DNA from: Spirochaetota bacterium
GTDB lineage: Bacteria > Spirochaetota > UBA6919 > CBDBPB01
Length of the DNA stretch: 64,000 nt
Reading direction: 5' to 3'
Assembly: GCA_965208615.1 (NCBI GenBank)
Contig: CBDBPB010000002.1
Coordinates: 1 to 64,000, forward strand
Position 1 is the first letter of the stretch. Each line of letters begins with the position of its first letter. Both the position numbers and the translations under genes were made by a program. Under the pieces are notes generated by a model. It saw only the letters and a list, made by a program, of their open reading frames with translations. It had not been told where the DNA came from and ran no database searches. This document shows positions 50,578 to 60,983 of this stretch, one piece after another.

Positions 50578-52281
50578 ATGTTAATCATATTAATTGTTTG
50601 GATTTATGCTACGTTCTTACTCTGGTCATTTGGAGTGGCTTATCAAAGGATAATCGAAAAGATATTCTCTGAGCAAAAAGATATATCACCATATTTAACT
50701 CTGTGGAATGGTATTTTATTTATTACTGTTATATTGTCGGTAATATCTATTTTCTCTAAGATAACTTATGAGCTATCCTTAGTTTTTTTCGCTTGCTCTG
50801 TACTATACATTATATTCGATTTTAGTTATGTTAAAGATAAGTTTAAAAGCATTATACAAAGGTTAAAAGGTATCTCACCTTTTGTTTATGTAGTTTTTTT
50901 AGTATTTATTATTATTACTTTATACCAATCCAGCTTATCGTCCCTGCTTTTAGCTGATTCTGGTGGCTATCATCATCCAGCGGTTGAGTGGATAAATAAT
51001 TATTCAGTGGTACCTGGGTTAGGTAATTTGCATCATAGACTAGCCTTTAACTCTCATTGGTTTTTGTTTTCTGCACTGTTTAATTATAACGATTATAATT
51101 TTCATTTTATAAGTGGATTAATTATGCTATTTGCCATATTTTGGGGGTTAACTGGACTAAATAAGCTATTTCAAAAAAGATTTAATATTACAAATATAAT
51201 TAAAGCATTATCAGTGCTTCCTATACTTTTTATCTTTAGTAATCCTAATATAAACCAAGCTTTCAGTACAGATTTAGCAACTTTTTTTATTGTCTATTTT
51301 ATATTATATTATGCAGTTGAATTATTAGAGAAGAAAAAGGATAATAAAGTTTTAATATTTATGCTTGTTAACTTTTCTTTTTTTTTAGTAACAATTAAAC
51401 TATCTAGTTTATTTATAGCTATTGTTCCATTGTACTTTTTATATCTTTTTTTAAGAAAGACTGATATAAAGCTTAAGTCTATTTCTTTTGTAGCAGTAAG
51501 TTTTATTATAATTATAATGCCTTTTTTAATAAGAAATATTATTTTATCAGGATATTTAGTTTTTCCTTTACCAATGTTAGACTTCTTTGATTTTGACTGG
51601 AAGACTCCCTATAATGCAGTGCTTAACTTAAAGAATGTAATAGAGTTTTGGGCTAAAAAGCCAGGTGAAGGCTTTTGGGAAGTAGCTAATAATGATTTTT
51701 GGTTTTGGTTTATACCATGGATAAAAGACAACTGGAAAACACGAGAACTATCTTTACTAATTATAAGTATTATAACTTATGTATTTTATTTCTTTTTTCA
51801 CTATAATAGGTCAATAAGCCATTTAAAAAAGTTTAGTATTATTTATTTAACTTTGTTAGTTAATCTTAGTGTATGGTTTATTACTGCACCTGCTATTAGG
51901 TTTGCTAGTGGTTATATACTCTTTTTTAGTATATTTTTAATAGCTTTACAAGGGTGGGACTTTATAATTAAAATTAGAGAAAATGTTAATACAATACGAC
52001 TGGCAAAAGTATTATTAATATTAGCACTTTGCGTTTTGTTTTTTCGTATGGATTTTACTAAACTTATAAATATTAAAAGCTGGATAACCTTATCCTCTTA
52101 TCCAGAGGTAAAGCTAACTACTAAAAAAACAATAGACAATACAATAATTTATATGCCAGTAAAAGATGGAAATTGTTACAACGCTCCCTTACCTTGTACA
52201 CAGCCTTATATTTTTAATTCTAAGTTAGAGATGCGTGGTAAAAGCCTACAAGACGGCTTTAGGATAGCGGATAATAAATAA
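50578..52281 (+). CDS. LIC_10190-like probable GT-C membrane protein (copy 2)
   Basis: Paralogue of copy 1; GAGGAG RBS. Confidence 0.75.
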   Translation: MLIILIVWIYATFLLWSFGVAYQRIIEKIFSEQKDISPYLTLWNGILFITVILSVISIFSKITYELSLVFFACSVLYIIFDFSYVKDKFKSIIQRLKGISPFVYVVFLVFIIITLYQSSLSSLLLADSGGYHHPAVEWINNYSVVPGLGNLHHRLAFNSHWFLFSALFNYNDYNFHFISGLIMLFAIFWGLTGLNKLFQKRFNITNIIKALSVLPILFIFSNPNINQAFSTDLATFFIVYFILYYAVELLEKKKDNKVLIFMLVNFSFFLVTIKLSSLFIAIVPLYFLYLFLRKTDIKLKSISFVAVSFIIIIMPFLIRNIILSGYLVFPLPMLDFFDFDWKTPYNAVLNLKNVIEFWAKKPGEGFWEVANNDFWFWFIPWIKDNWKTRELSLLIISIITYVFYFFFHYNRSISHLKKFSIIYLTLLVNLSVWFITAPAIRFASGYILFFSIFLIALQGWDFIIKIRENVNTIRLAKVLLILALCVLFFRMDFTKLINIKSWITLSSYPEVKLTTKKTIDNTIIYMPVKDGNCYNAPLPCTQPYIFNSKLEMRGKSLQDGFRIADNK

Positions 52282-52372
52282 ACTAATCTTTATATTGGGA
52301 TAGTCCAATAACTGCCTGACCAAGGGATAGTCCTCTATCTTAACCTAAATTAAACTTTATTGAGGAGTAAAA
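52282..52372. repeat. 91-bp intergenic unit containing a copy of the hypF 3' end
   Basis: 52283-52329 identical to 55921-55967. Confidence 0.95.
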
Positions 52373-54124
52373 ATGTTAATCATATTAATTGTTTGGATTT
52401 ATGCTACGTTCTTACTCTGGTCATTTGGAGTGGCTTATCAAAGGATAATCGAAAAGATATTCTCTGAGCAAAAAGATATATCACCATATTTAACTCTGTG
52501 GAATGGTATTTTATTTATTACTGTTATATTGTCGATTATATCTATTTTTTCTAAGATTACTTATGAGCTATCCTTAGTTTTTTTCGCTTGCTCTGTACTA
52601 TACATTATATTCGATTTTAGTTATGTTAAAGATAAGTTTAAAAGCATTATACAAAGGTTAAAAGGTATTTCACCTTTTGTTTATGTAGTTTTTACTTTAT
52701 TTTTTATTGCTACTCTATTTCAATCTAGTTTGCCTGGTACAATATATAATGATACACTGATATATCACCATCAAACGGTTAAGTGGATAAATAATTATTC
52801 TGTGGTACCTGGTTTAGGCAATTTATTTCCTCAACTTGCTTTTAACTCCCATTGGCTTTTGTTTTCTGCACTGCTTAATTATAACGATTATGATTTTCAT
52901 TTTATGAATGGATTAATTGTTATATTTGGCTTCTTTTGGGTACTAACTGGGCTAAATGAATTACTACAAAAAAGATTTAGTCTTATAAAGATAATTAAAG
53001 GCTTAACAATACTGTTTGTAGCATTAAAAATCTTTGCTATTCGTTCCCTTAGTACAGACTTTCCTACTGCTTTTATTATCTACTTTATTTTATTTTATGC
53101 AGTTGAGCTATTAGAGAAGAAAGAGGATAATAAAGTTTTAATATTTATGCTTCTTAACTTTTCTTTTTTTGTAGTAACAATTAAGCTATCTAGTTTATTT
53201 ATAGTTATTGCTCCATTATACTTTTTATATCTTTTTTTAAAGAGGTCTAATATAAAGCTTAAGTCTATTTCTTTTGTAGCAGTAAGTTTTATTATAATTA
53301 TAATGCCTTTTTTAATAAGAAATATTATTTTATCAGGATATTTAGTTTTTCCTTTTCCAATGTTAGACTTCTTTGATTTTGACTGGAAGGTTTCTTATAA
53401 TATAGTAATCCTTGAAAAGAATGCAATAGAGTTTTGGGCTAAAATGCCTTTAGCAAACTGGCCATCAGTAGCTAATAATGATTTTTGGTTTTGGTTTGTA
53501 CCTTGGATAAAAAGAAATCTACTCTTTATAGGAAACAAAGAAAAGTGGGAAGCTATAGAACTTGTTTTATTTTTTATAAGTGTTATAGCTTATATATTTT
53601 ATTCCTTTTTTAATTTCAATAAGGTAATTAACCATTTAAAAAAGTTCAGTATTATTTATTTGACTTTGTTAGTTAATATTAGTGTATGGTTTATTACTGC
53701 ACCTGCTATTAGATTTGCTAGTGGTTACCTATTTTTTTCTATCGTATTCTTAATAGCTTTGCAAGAGTGGAAATGGATTGTTAAGGCTAAAGAAAATATA
53801 AATATAATAAAGCTAGCAAAGGTATTATTAATAATATTATCAGTTGGTTCTATTTTTTTTCGTCCAGTTGCTGTTATTGAAATGACATTTACAAATCCTA
53901 AAAAGTGGTTGACTTATGTAATAACTCCAGCACCTTATCCAGAAAGAAAGTTAATAAGCAAAAAATTATCGGACAAAGTAATACTTTATATGAGTCCAGA
54001 CTCTGGACAGTGTTCTAATGCCCCTTTACCTTGTGTAGAATATCCTCGACACTTTAATAATCCTAAGTTAGAGATGCGTGGTAAAAGCCTACAAGACGGC
54101 TTTAGGATAGCGGATAATAAATAA
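52373..54124 (+). CDS. LIC_10190-like probable GT-C membrane protein (copy 3, most divergent)
   Basis: Same termini as other copies, divergent central and C-terminal loops. Confidence 0.75.
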   Translation: MLIILIVWIYATFLLWSFGVAYQRIIEKIFSEQKDISPYLTLWNGILFITVILSIISIFSKITYELSLVFFACSVLYIIFDFSYVKDKFKSIIQRLKGISPFVYVVFTLFFIATLFQSSLPGTIYNDTLIYHHQTVKWINNYSVVPGLGNLFPQLAFNSHWLLFSALLNYNDYDFHFMNGLIVIFGFFWVLTGLNELLQKRFSLIKIIKGLTILFVALKIFAIRSLSTDFPTAFIIYFILFYAVELLEKKEDNKVLIFMLLNFSFFVVTIKLSSLFIVIAPLYFLYLFLKRSNIKLKSISFVAVSFIIIIMPFLIRNIILSGYLVFPFPMLDFFDFDWKVSYNIVILEKNAIEFWAKMPLANWPSVANNDFWFWFVPWIKRNLLFIGNKEKWEAIELVLFFISVIAYIFYSFFNFNKVINHLKKFSIIYLTLLVNISVWFITAPAIRFASGYLFFSIVFLIALQEWKWIVKAKENINIIKLAKVLLIILSVGSIFFRPVAVIEMTFTNPKKWLTYVITPAPYPERKLISKKLSDKVILYMSPDSGQCSNAPLPCVEYPRHFNNPKLEMRGKSLQDGFRIADNK

Positions 54125-54215
54125 ACTAATCTTTATATTGGGATAGTCCAATAACTGCCTGACCAAGGGATAGTCCTCTATCTTAACCTAAATTAAACTT
54201 TATTGAGGAGTAAAA
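54125..54215. repeat. 91-bp intergenic unit containing a copy of the hypF 3' end
   Basis: 54126-54172 identical to 55921-55967. Confidence 0.95.
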
Positions 54216-55919
54216 ATGTTAATCATATTAATTGTTTGGATTTATGCTACGTTCTTACTCTGGTCATTTGGAGTGGCTTATCAAAGGATAATAGAGAAGG
54301 TATTCTCTGAGCAAAAAGATATATCACCATATTTAACTCTGTGGAATGGTATTTTATTTATTACTGTTATATTGTCGGTAATATCTATTTTCTCTAAGAT
54401 AACTTATGAGCTATCCTTAGTTTTTTTCGCTTGCTCTGTACTATACATTATATTCGATTTTAGTTATGTTAAAGATAAGTTTAAAAGTATTATACATACA
54501 TTAAAAGAGATTTCACCTTTTGTTTATGTAGTTTTTTTAGTATTTATTATTATTATTTTATACCAATCAAGTCTTTCATCCCTGCTTCTAAGTGATTCTG
54601 GTTACTATCATCATCCAACGGTTGAGTGGATAAATAATTATTCAGTGGTACCTGGGTTAGGTAATTTAAGTCTTCTATTTTCTTATAACTTTCATTGGTT
54701 TTTGTTTTCTGCATTGTTTAATTATAACGATTATAATTTTCATTTTATAAGTGGATTAATTATTCTATTTGCTATAGTTTGGGGGTTAACTGGCATAAAT
54801 AGGCTATTTCAAAAAAGATTTAATATTACAAATATAATTAAAGCATTATCAATATTTTTTATAATTATCTTTGGTGATCCTATTAGAAACCCAACTTTAA
54901 GTGTAGATTTACCAATTTTTTTTATTGTCTATTTTATATTATATTATGCAGTTGAGCTATTAGAGAAGAAAGAGGATAATAAGGTTTTAATATTTATGCT
55001 TGTTAACTTTTCTTTTTTTGTAGTAACAATTAAGCTATCTAGTTTATTTATAGCTATTGTCCCATTGTACTTTTTGTATCTTTTTTTAAGAAAGACTGAT
55101 ATAAAGTTTAAGTCTATTTCTTTTGTAGCAGTAAGTTTTATTATAATTATAATGCCTTTTTTAATAAGAAATATTATTTTATCAGGATATTTAGTTTTTC
55201 CTTTACCAATAGCAATGTTAGACTTCTTTAATTTTGACTGGAAGATGTCTTATAATGTAATGGTTAACTTAAAGAATGTAATAGAGTTTGGGGCTAAAAA
55301 GCCAGGTGAAGGCTTTTTGGAAGTAGCTAATAATGATTTTTGGTTTTGGTTTATACCATGGATAAAAGAAAACTTGAAAACCAGAGAACTATTATCTTTA
55401 CTAATTATAAGTATTATAACTTATGTTTTTTATTTCTTTTTTCACTATAACAGGGCAATAAGCCATTTAAAAAAGTTTAGTATTATTTATTTAACTTTGT
55501 TAGTTAATCTTAGTGTATGGTTTATTACTGCACCTTCTATTAGATTTGTTACTGGTTATACACTCTTTTTTAGTATATTTTTAATAGCTTTACAAGAGTG
55601 GGACTTTATAATTAAAATTAGAGAAAATGTTAATACAATACGACTGGCAAAAGTATTATTAATATTAGCACTTTGCGTTTTGTTTTTTCGTATGGATTTT
55701 ACTAAACTTATAAATATTAAAAGCTGGATAACCTTATCCTCTTATCCAGAGGCAGAGCTAACTACTAAAAAAACAATAGACAATACAATAATTTATATGC
55801 CAGTAAAAGATGGAAGTTGTTACAATGCTCCCTTACCTTGTACGCCATTTTTTAATCCTAAGTTAGAGATGCGTGGTAAAAGCCTACAAGACGGCTTTAG
55901 GATAGCGGATAATAAATAA
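54216..55919 (+). CDS. LIC_10190-like probable GT-C membrane protein (copy 4)
   Basis: Paralogue; ends 1 nt from the hypF stop. Confidence 0.75.
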   Translation: MLIILIVWIYATFLLWSFGVAYQRIIEKVFSEQKDISPYLTLWNGILFITVILSVISIFSKITYELSLVFFACSVLYIIFDFSYVKDKFKSIIHTLKEISPFVYVVFLVFIIIILYQSSLSSLLLSDSGYYHHPTVEWINNYSVVPGLGNLSLLFSYNFHWFLFSALFNYNDYNFHFISGLIILFAIVWGLTGINRLFQKRFNITNIIKALSIFFIIIFGDPIRNPTLSVDLPIFFIVYFILYYAVELLEKKEDNKVLIFMLVNFSFFVVTIKLSSLFIAIVPLYFLYLFLRKTDIKFKSISFVAVSFIIIIMPFLIRNIILSGYLVFPLPIAMLDFFNFDWKMSYNVMVNLKNVIEFGAKKPGEGFLEVANNDFWFWFIPWIKENLKTRELLSLLIISIITYVFYFFFHYNRAISHLKKFSIIYLTLLVNLSVWFITAPSIRFVTGYTLFFSIFLIALQEWDFIIKIRENVNTIRLAKVLLILALCVLFFRMDFTKLINIKSWITLSSYPEAELTTKKTIDNTIIYMPVKDGSCYNAPLPCTPFFNPKLEMRGKSLQDGFRIADNK

Positions 55920-55920
55920 A

Positions 55921-58197
55921 CTAATCTTTATATTGGGATAGTCCAATAACTGCCTGACCAAGGGATAATCCCCCGTCATTACAGGGTACTTCTTTATGGG
56001 TATAAACTTTAAAGCCTGTTTTTTCTAATAGGCTTATTAATCCACTAAATAATACATCATTTTGGAATACCCCCCCACTTAGTACTACGTTATTAATACT
56101 GGTATGCTCTTTAGCTTTTTGAGCCACCTTATTAAACAGCTGTATTAGCGTATTATGGAATATGGCACTAATCTCAGATAATGGACTATTAACTTTTAGC
56201 ATTTTGACAACAGACCTAATTATAGGGGATATTAACATGATATACTGGTCATTATACTCCTGAATATCAGAGTCAAAGGTCTTATTAGACAAAGACTCAA
56301 TGGATTGCATAAACTCTATTGCACTTTGTCCTTCATACTCTATGGTTTGTCGTCCACCGCTAATGGAGGCTATAGCATCAAATAGGCGTCCACAGCTACT
56401 TGTTGTTGGACAGTTAAAGTTTTTATCTATCATATCAGTAATGAGTTTTATGGGATAATCCGTCATAAACGGTAGTTCTGGGATGTTTTTTCCGTATGCC
56501 TTATATAAATAGCTAATCCCAGTATGCCATGGCGATTTGATGGCACTATCACCCCCAGGTAGTGGATGAGGTTCAAAGTATGCAAAACGACTAAATCCAT
56601 TATAATCACCGATTAAGACTTCACCTCCCCAAATAGTATTATCTGTACCATATCCTGTACCGTCCATTATAATACCAATAACTGGATCAGCTAATCTATT
56701 ATCCGCCATACAAGATGTAAGATGAGCGTGGTGATGTTGTACAGCAATGATATTAACATTTTGCTCTTTTGCCCACTGACTACATAAGTATTGTGGGTGC
56801 AGATCATGGACAATTATATTAGGTTCCACTTTTAATATTTTTTTAAAGCTTTTTATCGTAGACTTGAAAAACTCATAAGCCTCAATATTAGTTATATCGC
56901 CAATATGCTGGCTTACAAATGCCTTATCCTTTTTTATAATGCAGATGGTATTTTTTAGTTCTCCGCCAACAGCCAGTACTGTGTTTTTAGACTTTTTTAT
57001 GAATATAGGCTTTGGAGTATAGCCCCTTGATCTACGTATAAAGCGGCGACTACATTCTAAATGCAGTGTAACAGAGTCGTCCACTCTTATTAGTATATCC
57101 CTATTGTGGAATAGAAAGCCATTCACAATATTACTTAGGCGGGTTTTAGCATCATCATTATCTATGGCGATAGGCTCTTCTGATATGTTACCACTGGTCA
57201 TGACCAAAGCTTTTATAGAGTTAGATTTGCTCTCACAAAGCTTTTGTAAAATGAGATAGTGAATAGGCGTATAGGGGAGCATAATACCAATACGGTTATT
57301 ATCCGGTGCAACAGCCTCACTAATATAGTTATTAGGTTTTTTATTTAGTAGTACAATAGGTCTGTTATGGCTCAATAATAGTTTCTCTTCTTCGGTATTA
57401 ATATTTGCCAATGTGTTAGCAGTTTTAATATCCATAACCATTATGGCAAAGGGCTTTTTAGCTCTCTTTTTGTTTTGTCTAAGGAGGTTAATAGCCAATT
57501 CATTAGAGGCATTTACTGCTATATGAAAGCCGCCTAATCCCTTAATAGCTATGACTTCACCGTTTAAGAGACTCTTAACAGCAGTATCTATGGCAGTATT
57601 TTGGTCAGTTATTTTAAGACCCTTAGTTGACTGAAACCATAAACTTGGTCCACACTCAAAGCAGGCATTAGGCTGAGCATGAAAACGACGATTACTTGGA
57701 TCATCATATTCACTTTGGCACTTAGGGCATTGTATAAACTGTCTCATGGACGTAAATGGACGATCATAAGGTATACCGTTTATTATGGTATATCTTGGTC
57801 CACAGTTAGTGCAGTTTATAAAGGGATAATGGTATCGTCTATTTTGAGGATCAAATAACTCTTTTAGACAGTCATCACAAATGCTAATGTCAGGGGATAT
57901 AAGGGTATCATGGCTAACACTACTAGGAGAGGACTCTATAACAAAATTACTATCCCTTTTACAGGGGATATTTATTTGACTAATACTTTTAATATCCGCA
58001 AGGGGTGGGGGACTGCTTTTAAGACTATTAATAAAATTATTTATTTTAGTTATATGTCCTTCTACCTCTACCTCAACGCCATTGGGAGTGTTTTTAACAA
58101 ATCCATTAAGATTTATTCTCTTTGCCAGATTATAAACAAAGGGTCTAAACCCCACTCCTTGTACTATACCATTTACATAAATCCTTATTCGTTGCAT
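55921..58197 (-). CDS. hypF: Hydrogenase maturation carbamoyltransferase HypF
   Basis: GIVQGVGFRPFVY, CTNCGPRYT, RRFHAQPNAC, KGLGGFH, QHHHAH, DGTGYG, NDGGLSLGQ. Confidence 0.98.
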   Translation of the reverse strand: MQRIRIYVNGIVQGVGFRPFVYNLAKRINLNGFVKNTPNGVEVEVEGHITKINNFINSLKSSPPPLADIKSISQINIPCKRDSNFVIESSPSSVSHDTLISPDISICDDCLKELFDPQNRRYHYPFINCTNCGPRYTIINGIPYDRPFTSMRQFIQCPKCQSEYDDPSNRRFHAQPNACFECGPSLWFQSTKGLKITDQNTAIDTAVKSLLNGEVIAIKGLGGFHIAVNASNELAINLLRQNKKRAKKPFAIMVMDIKTANTLANINTEEEKLLLSHNRPIVLLNKKPNNYISEAVAPDNNRIGIMLPYTPIHYLILQKLCESKSNSIKALVMTSGNISEEPIAIDNDDAKTRLSNIVNGFLFHNRDILIRVDDSVTLHLECSRRFIRRSRGYTPKPIFIKKSKNTVLAVGGELKNTICIIKKDKAFVSQHIGDITNIEAYEFFKSTIKSFKKILKVEPNIIVHDLHPQYLCSQWAKEQNVNIIAVQHHHAHLTSCMADNRLADPVIGIIMDGTGYGTDNTIWGGEVLIGDYNGFSRFAYFEPHPLPGGDSAIKSPWHTGISYLYKAYGKNIPELPFMTDYPIKLITDMIDKNFNCPTTSSCGRLFDAIASISGGRQTIEYEGQSAIEFMQSIESLSNKTFDSDIQEYNDQYIMLISPIIRSVVKMLKVNSPLSEISAIFHNTLIQLFNKVAQKAKEHTSINNVVLSGGVFQNDVLFSGLISLLEKTGFKVYTHKEVPCNDGGLSLGQAVIGLSQYKD

Positions 58198-58204
58198 TAG
58201 ATAG

Positions 58205-58948
58205 CTATTTTAGCATATCCCTAAGCCAGCTATACCACTTATCCATGCCTTCGTTAGTTTTAGCGGATACCTCGAAAAACTTAAGATTATGGTTTACCTT
58301 AAGGGCATAGTCCTTACACTTATCAACGCTAAAATCCAAGTAAGGGAGCAGGTCAATCTTATTTATAATACAAATGTCTGCCTCATAAAACATATTAGGG
58401 TATTTAATAGGTTTATCCTCACCCTCTGTAGTGCTTATTATAACCACTTTTTTTGATTCACCCAAGTCAAACATAGCAGGACATACAAGGTTACCAACGT
58501 TTTCTATAAACAGTATGGAGTTATTATTGGGTTTAATGGCTTTAACTGCCTTATCTATCATTTCAGAGTCCAGATGACAACCACTACCAGTATTAACCTG
58601 TACTACAGGAACTCCAACATCTTGGATGCGTTTAGCATCGTTTAATGTTTGCTGATCACCTTCTATAACGCTAAATGTTATTTTATTTTTGAGGTCGGAT
58701 ATAGTCTTCTCGAGTATCGTAGTTTTACCTGATCCAGGAGAGCTCATAAGGTTAATGGCAATAATGTTTTTTGATTTGAGATACTCTCTATTTTTGTTAG
58801 CCAGAGAACTATTCTTTTGTAATATATCCTTTTCTATTTTTAAGACAGTTTCACTATTGTGTTGGTGATAATGAAAATGATTATTATTATTTGGAGCTTG
58901 TATTGTAATGGTATTATTTGGTTTATGGCATCCACAGGTGTCGCACAT
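58205..58948 (-). CDS. hypB: Hydrogenase nickel incorporation GTPase HypB
   Basis: MCDTCGC, SSPGSGKT, GCHLD, ENVGNLVCPA, EGEDKPIKYP, NKIDL. Confidence 0.98.
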   Translation of the reverse strand: MCDTCGCHKPNNTITIQAPNNNNHFHYHQHNSETVLKIEKDILQKNSSLANKNREYLKSKNIIAINLMSSPGSGKTTILEKTISDLKNKITFSVIEGDQQTLNDAKRIQDVGVPVVQVNTGSGCHLDSEMIDKAVKAIKPNNNSILFIENVGNLVCPAMFDLGESKKVVIISTTEGEDKPIKYPNMFYEADICIINKIDLLPYLDFSVDKCKDYALKVNHNLKFFEVSAKTNEGMDKWYSWLRDMLK

Positions 58949-58959
58949 AATATATCTCC

Positions 58960-59301
58960 TTAATCTACTATAATAGATTTTATTTTAAGTTCTTGTCCTT
59001 GTATTAGATTAACTTTCATGCTATTACAGTTATTACACTGCATAAACAGAGAATTAATATTAAACTTCGACTTACAGTTTTGACACTCTCCCATAGCAGG
59101 AACTTTATACAAACTAAGTTTTGCACCTTCAGCAATGGTATTCTTACAAACAGCTTCAAAACAGAACTCTAAGGCACTATCAACAATTCCTGATAGCTCA
59201 CCTAACTCTATTTCTATAAGGTTAATCTTTTGTGCATTGGCTGACTTAGCATGATCAAGGACTATATCGATCATGCTAGTTGCTATGGAGAGTTCATGCA
59301 T
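58960..59301 (-). CDS. hypA: Hydrogenase nickel incorporation protein HypA
   Basis: MHELSIA, GELSG, CxxC..CxxC, GQELKI. Confidence 0.97.
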   Translation of the reverse strand: MHELSIATSMIDIVLDHAKSANAQKINLIEIELGELSGIVDSALEFCFEAVCKNTIAEGAKLSLYKVPAMGECQNCKSKFNINSLFMQCNNCNSMKVNLIQGQELKIKSIIVD

Positions 59302-59307
59302 AACTTA

Positions 59308-59336
59308 AAAATAGATAATTCTTTTTTTACTGTCAA
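59308..59336 (-). promoter_or_regulatory. Putative promoter giving a leaderless hypA transcript
   Basis: Minus strand TTGACA-17 nt-TATTTT ending 6 nt before the ATG. Confidence 0.5.
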
Positions 59337-59382
59337 CGGTTTTAACTAGTTTTTACGTATGTATCACTTAGAAGATGAAAAA

Positions 59383-60888
59383 CTATTCTGAATAGGCTTC
59401 ATAAGCCTTTTGTGCATCCATATATGCTTTAGTAGCCTTATCAAGATTATTGTTTTGATCTCTTATATCGGATAGCTCTGTATAAGAGGCACCTAAGTGA
59501 ATATTTGTCTTTGCAAAACAACCTGGATTACTCTCAATATCGTATATACTAAGAGCGTTTTCTAAAAAGTGAATAGACTTTTTTAAGTTATTCTCTCTAC
59601 TTCTGTATGCAGATAGCCCGCAATATGCTACTCCTAAGTCACAAAGGGTTTCGGCATAATGTTCTGCTGTAATTTTATTATTAATACCAAGCTTTAACAC
59701 CTCTTCCCAAGCCTTTATGGACTCTAACAAGTCTTTTTCTTTTTCATCCCTATGGTTAGACAAAGACCAATAAGCACCGCCAAGGTTTTTTAATGTTCTG
59801 GCATACTTAGAAGGATCTTTATCAAGGGTATATACTTTTAATGCTTCTTTACAAGCAAGAACTGCATTTTTAAGATTATCTTTTCTACTATGGTGTTCGG
59901 ATAGGTTCCAATAGCTTGTACTCAAATTATCTTGCAAAGAGGCATAATAATCTGGATAACTATCTATGGTATAAATCGTAAGAGCCTTATTAAATGACTT
60001 TATAGCATTATGGAGTTCACTTTTTTCTTTTTTAATATAAGCAAGACTTAAATAGCTATTACCCAAATTATCGTGTATTAGTGCATAGTGATCGGGATAG
60101 TCATCTTTATTGTATATATCAAGTGCCAATTTATATGCATCAATTGAGAGATATAGGTTTACTTCGCTATCTTTATGTTGGGAAAGTTTTTGATAGGTAT
60201 TACCTATATTATTTTGAACAGTGGCAAAGTTCTTAGGATAATGTACAGCAGTATAAACCTTTAGGACAAGTTTATATGTAATTATAGCATTTTCTAAGTT
60301 TTTTTCTATGTTGGATATGTTACTAAGAGACCTATAAACAATAGCCAAATTATTCATAAGTCCTGCATATTCAAGGGGATGGCTTTCAAGAGTTCTAACT
60401 TTTAAGCCATCTTTACAAGCCTTCATAGCTTTTTTAAGGTAACTTTCTTCGTTTCCAAACATAGAAAGCTTCCAATATATTTCCCCCAAGCTATTTTTTA
60501 TGTTTGTATACTTAGATAAATTTGTATTTAAAGCTAATATACCTAGAGCTTTTTCATAGGCATTAGCTGATTTAATAAGGTTTTTCTTATTGTGTTCGTC
60601 AGTAAAAAGCTGATTATACCCCATTCCTTTAGAACATAAAATATCAATATATAACTCCGTACTCTTAGATGGCATTTTTCTAAGTACTTTGTTGTATATT
60701 GTAATAGCTTCTTTGATATGACCATTAGATAACAGGTTATCAGCCCTATTAGCTTCTTCCCTTATTTTTGTATTAAGGGATCGTTTTTTTGAGTTTTCAA
60801 GCATAAAATAAAAAACACCTCCTCCTATTACTCCCCCTATTAAGCCTCCAATCATAGCGACTAACCAAATTATAATTTGGGATATCAT
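59383..60888 (-). CDS. Membrane-anchored tetratricopeptide repeat protein
   Basis: N-terminal Gly-rich TM helix; repeated YA...NNLG..Y..L...NL..AI..Y..AL.VYT. Confidence 0.85.
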   Translation of the reverse strand: MISQIIIWLVAMIGGLIGGVIGGGVFYFMLENSKKRSLNTKIREEANRADNLLSNGHIKEAITIYNKVLRKMPSKSTELYIDILCSKGMGYNQLFTDEHNKKNLIKSANAYEKALGILALNTNLSKYTNIKNSLGEIYWKLSMFGNEESYLKKAMKACKDGLKVRTLESHPLEYAGLMNNLAIVYRSLSNISNIEKNLENAIITYKLVLKVYTAVHYPKNFATVQNNIGNTYQKLSQHKDSEVNLYLSIDAYKLALDIYNKDDYPDHYALIHDNLGNSYLSLAYIKKEKSELHNAIKSFNKALTIYTIDSYPDYYASLQDNLSTSYWNLSEHHSRKDNLKNAVLACKEALKVYTLDKDPSKYARTLKNLGGAYWSLSNHRDEKEKDLLESIKAWEEVLKLGINNKITAEHYAETLCDLGVAYCGLSAYRSRENNLKKSIHFLENALSIYDIESNPGCFAKTNIHLGASYTELSDIRDQNNNLDKATKAYMDAQKAYEAYSE

Positions 60889-60983
60889 AATAATTACACT
60901 CCTAATAAATTATATGATAATCCTCATGGTTGTCTACTCAAAAAACTGACTTGGATAAGTTATAGCATAATTATATATCATAT

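Noticed and set aside
48789-55919. Diversity-generating retroelement or integron as the cause of paralogue variation
   Set aside because: No reverse transcriptase or integron integrase in the window; substitutions are not adenine-specific; spacers lack attC-like palindromes.
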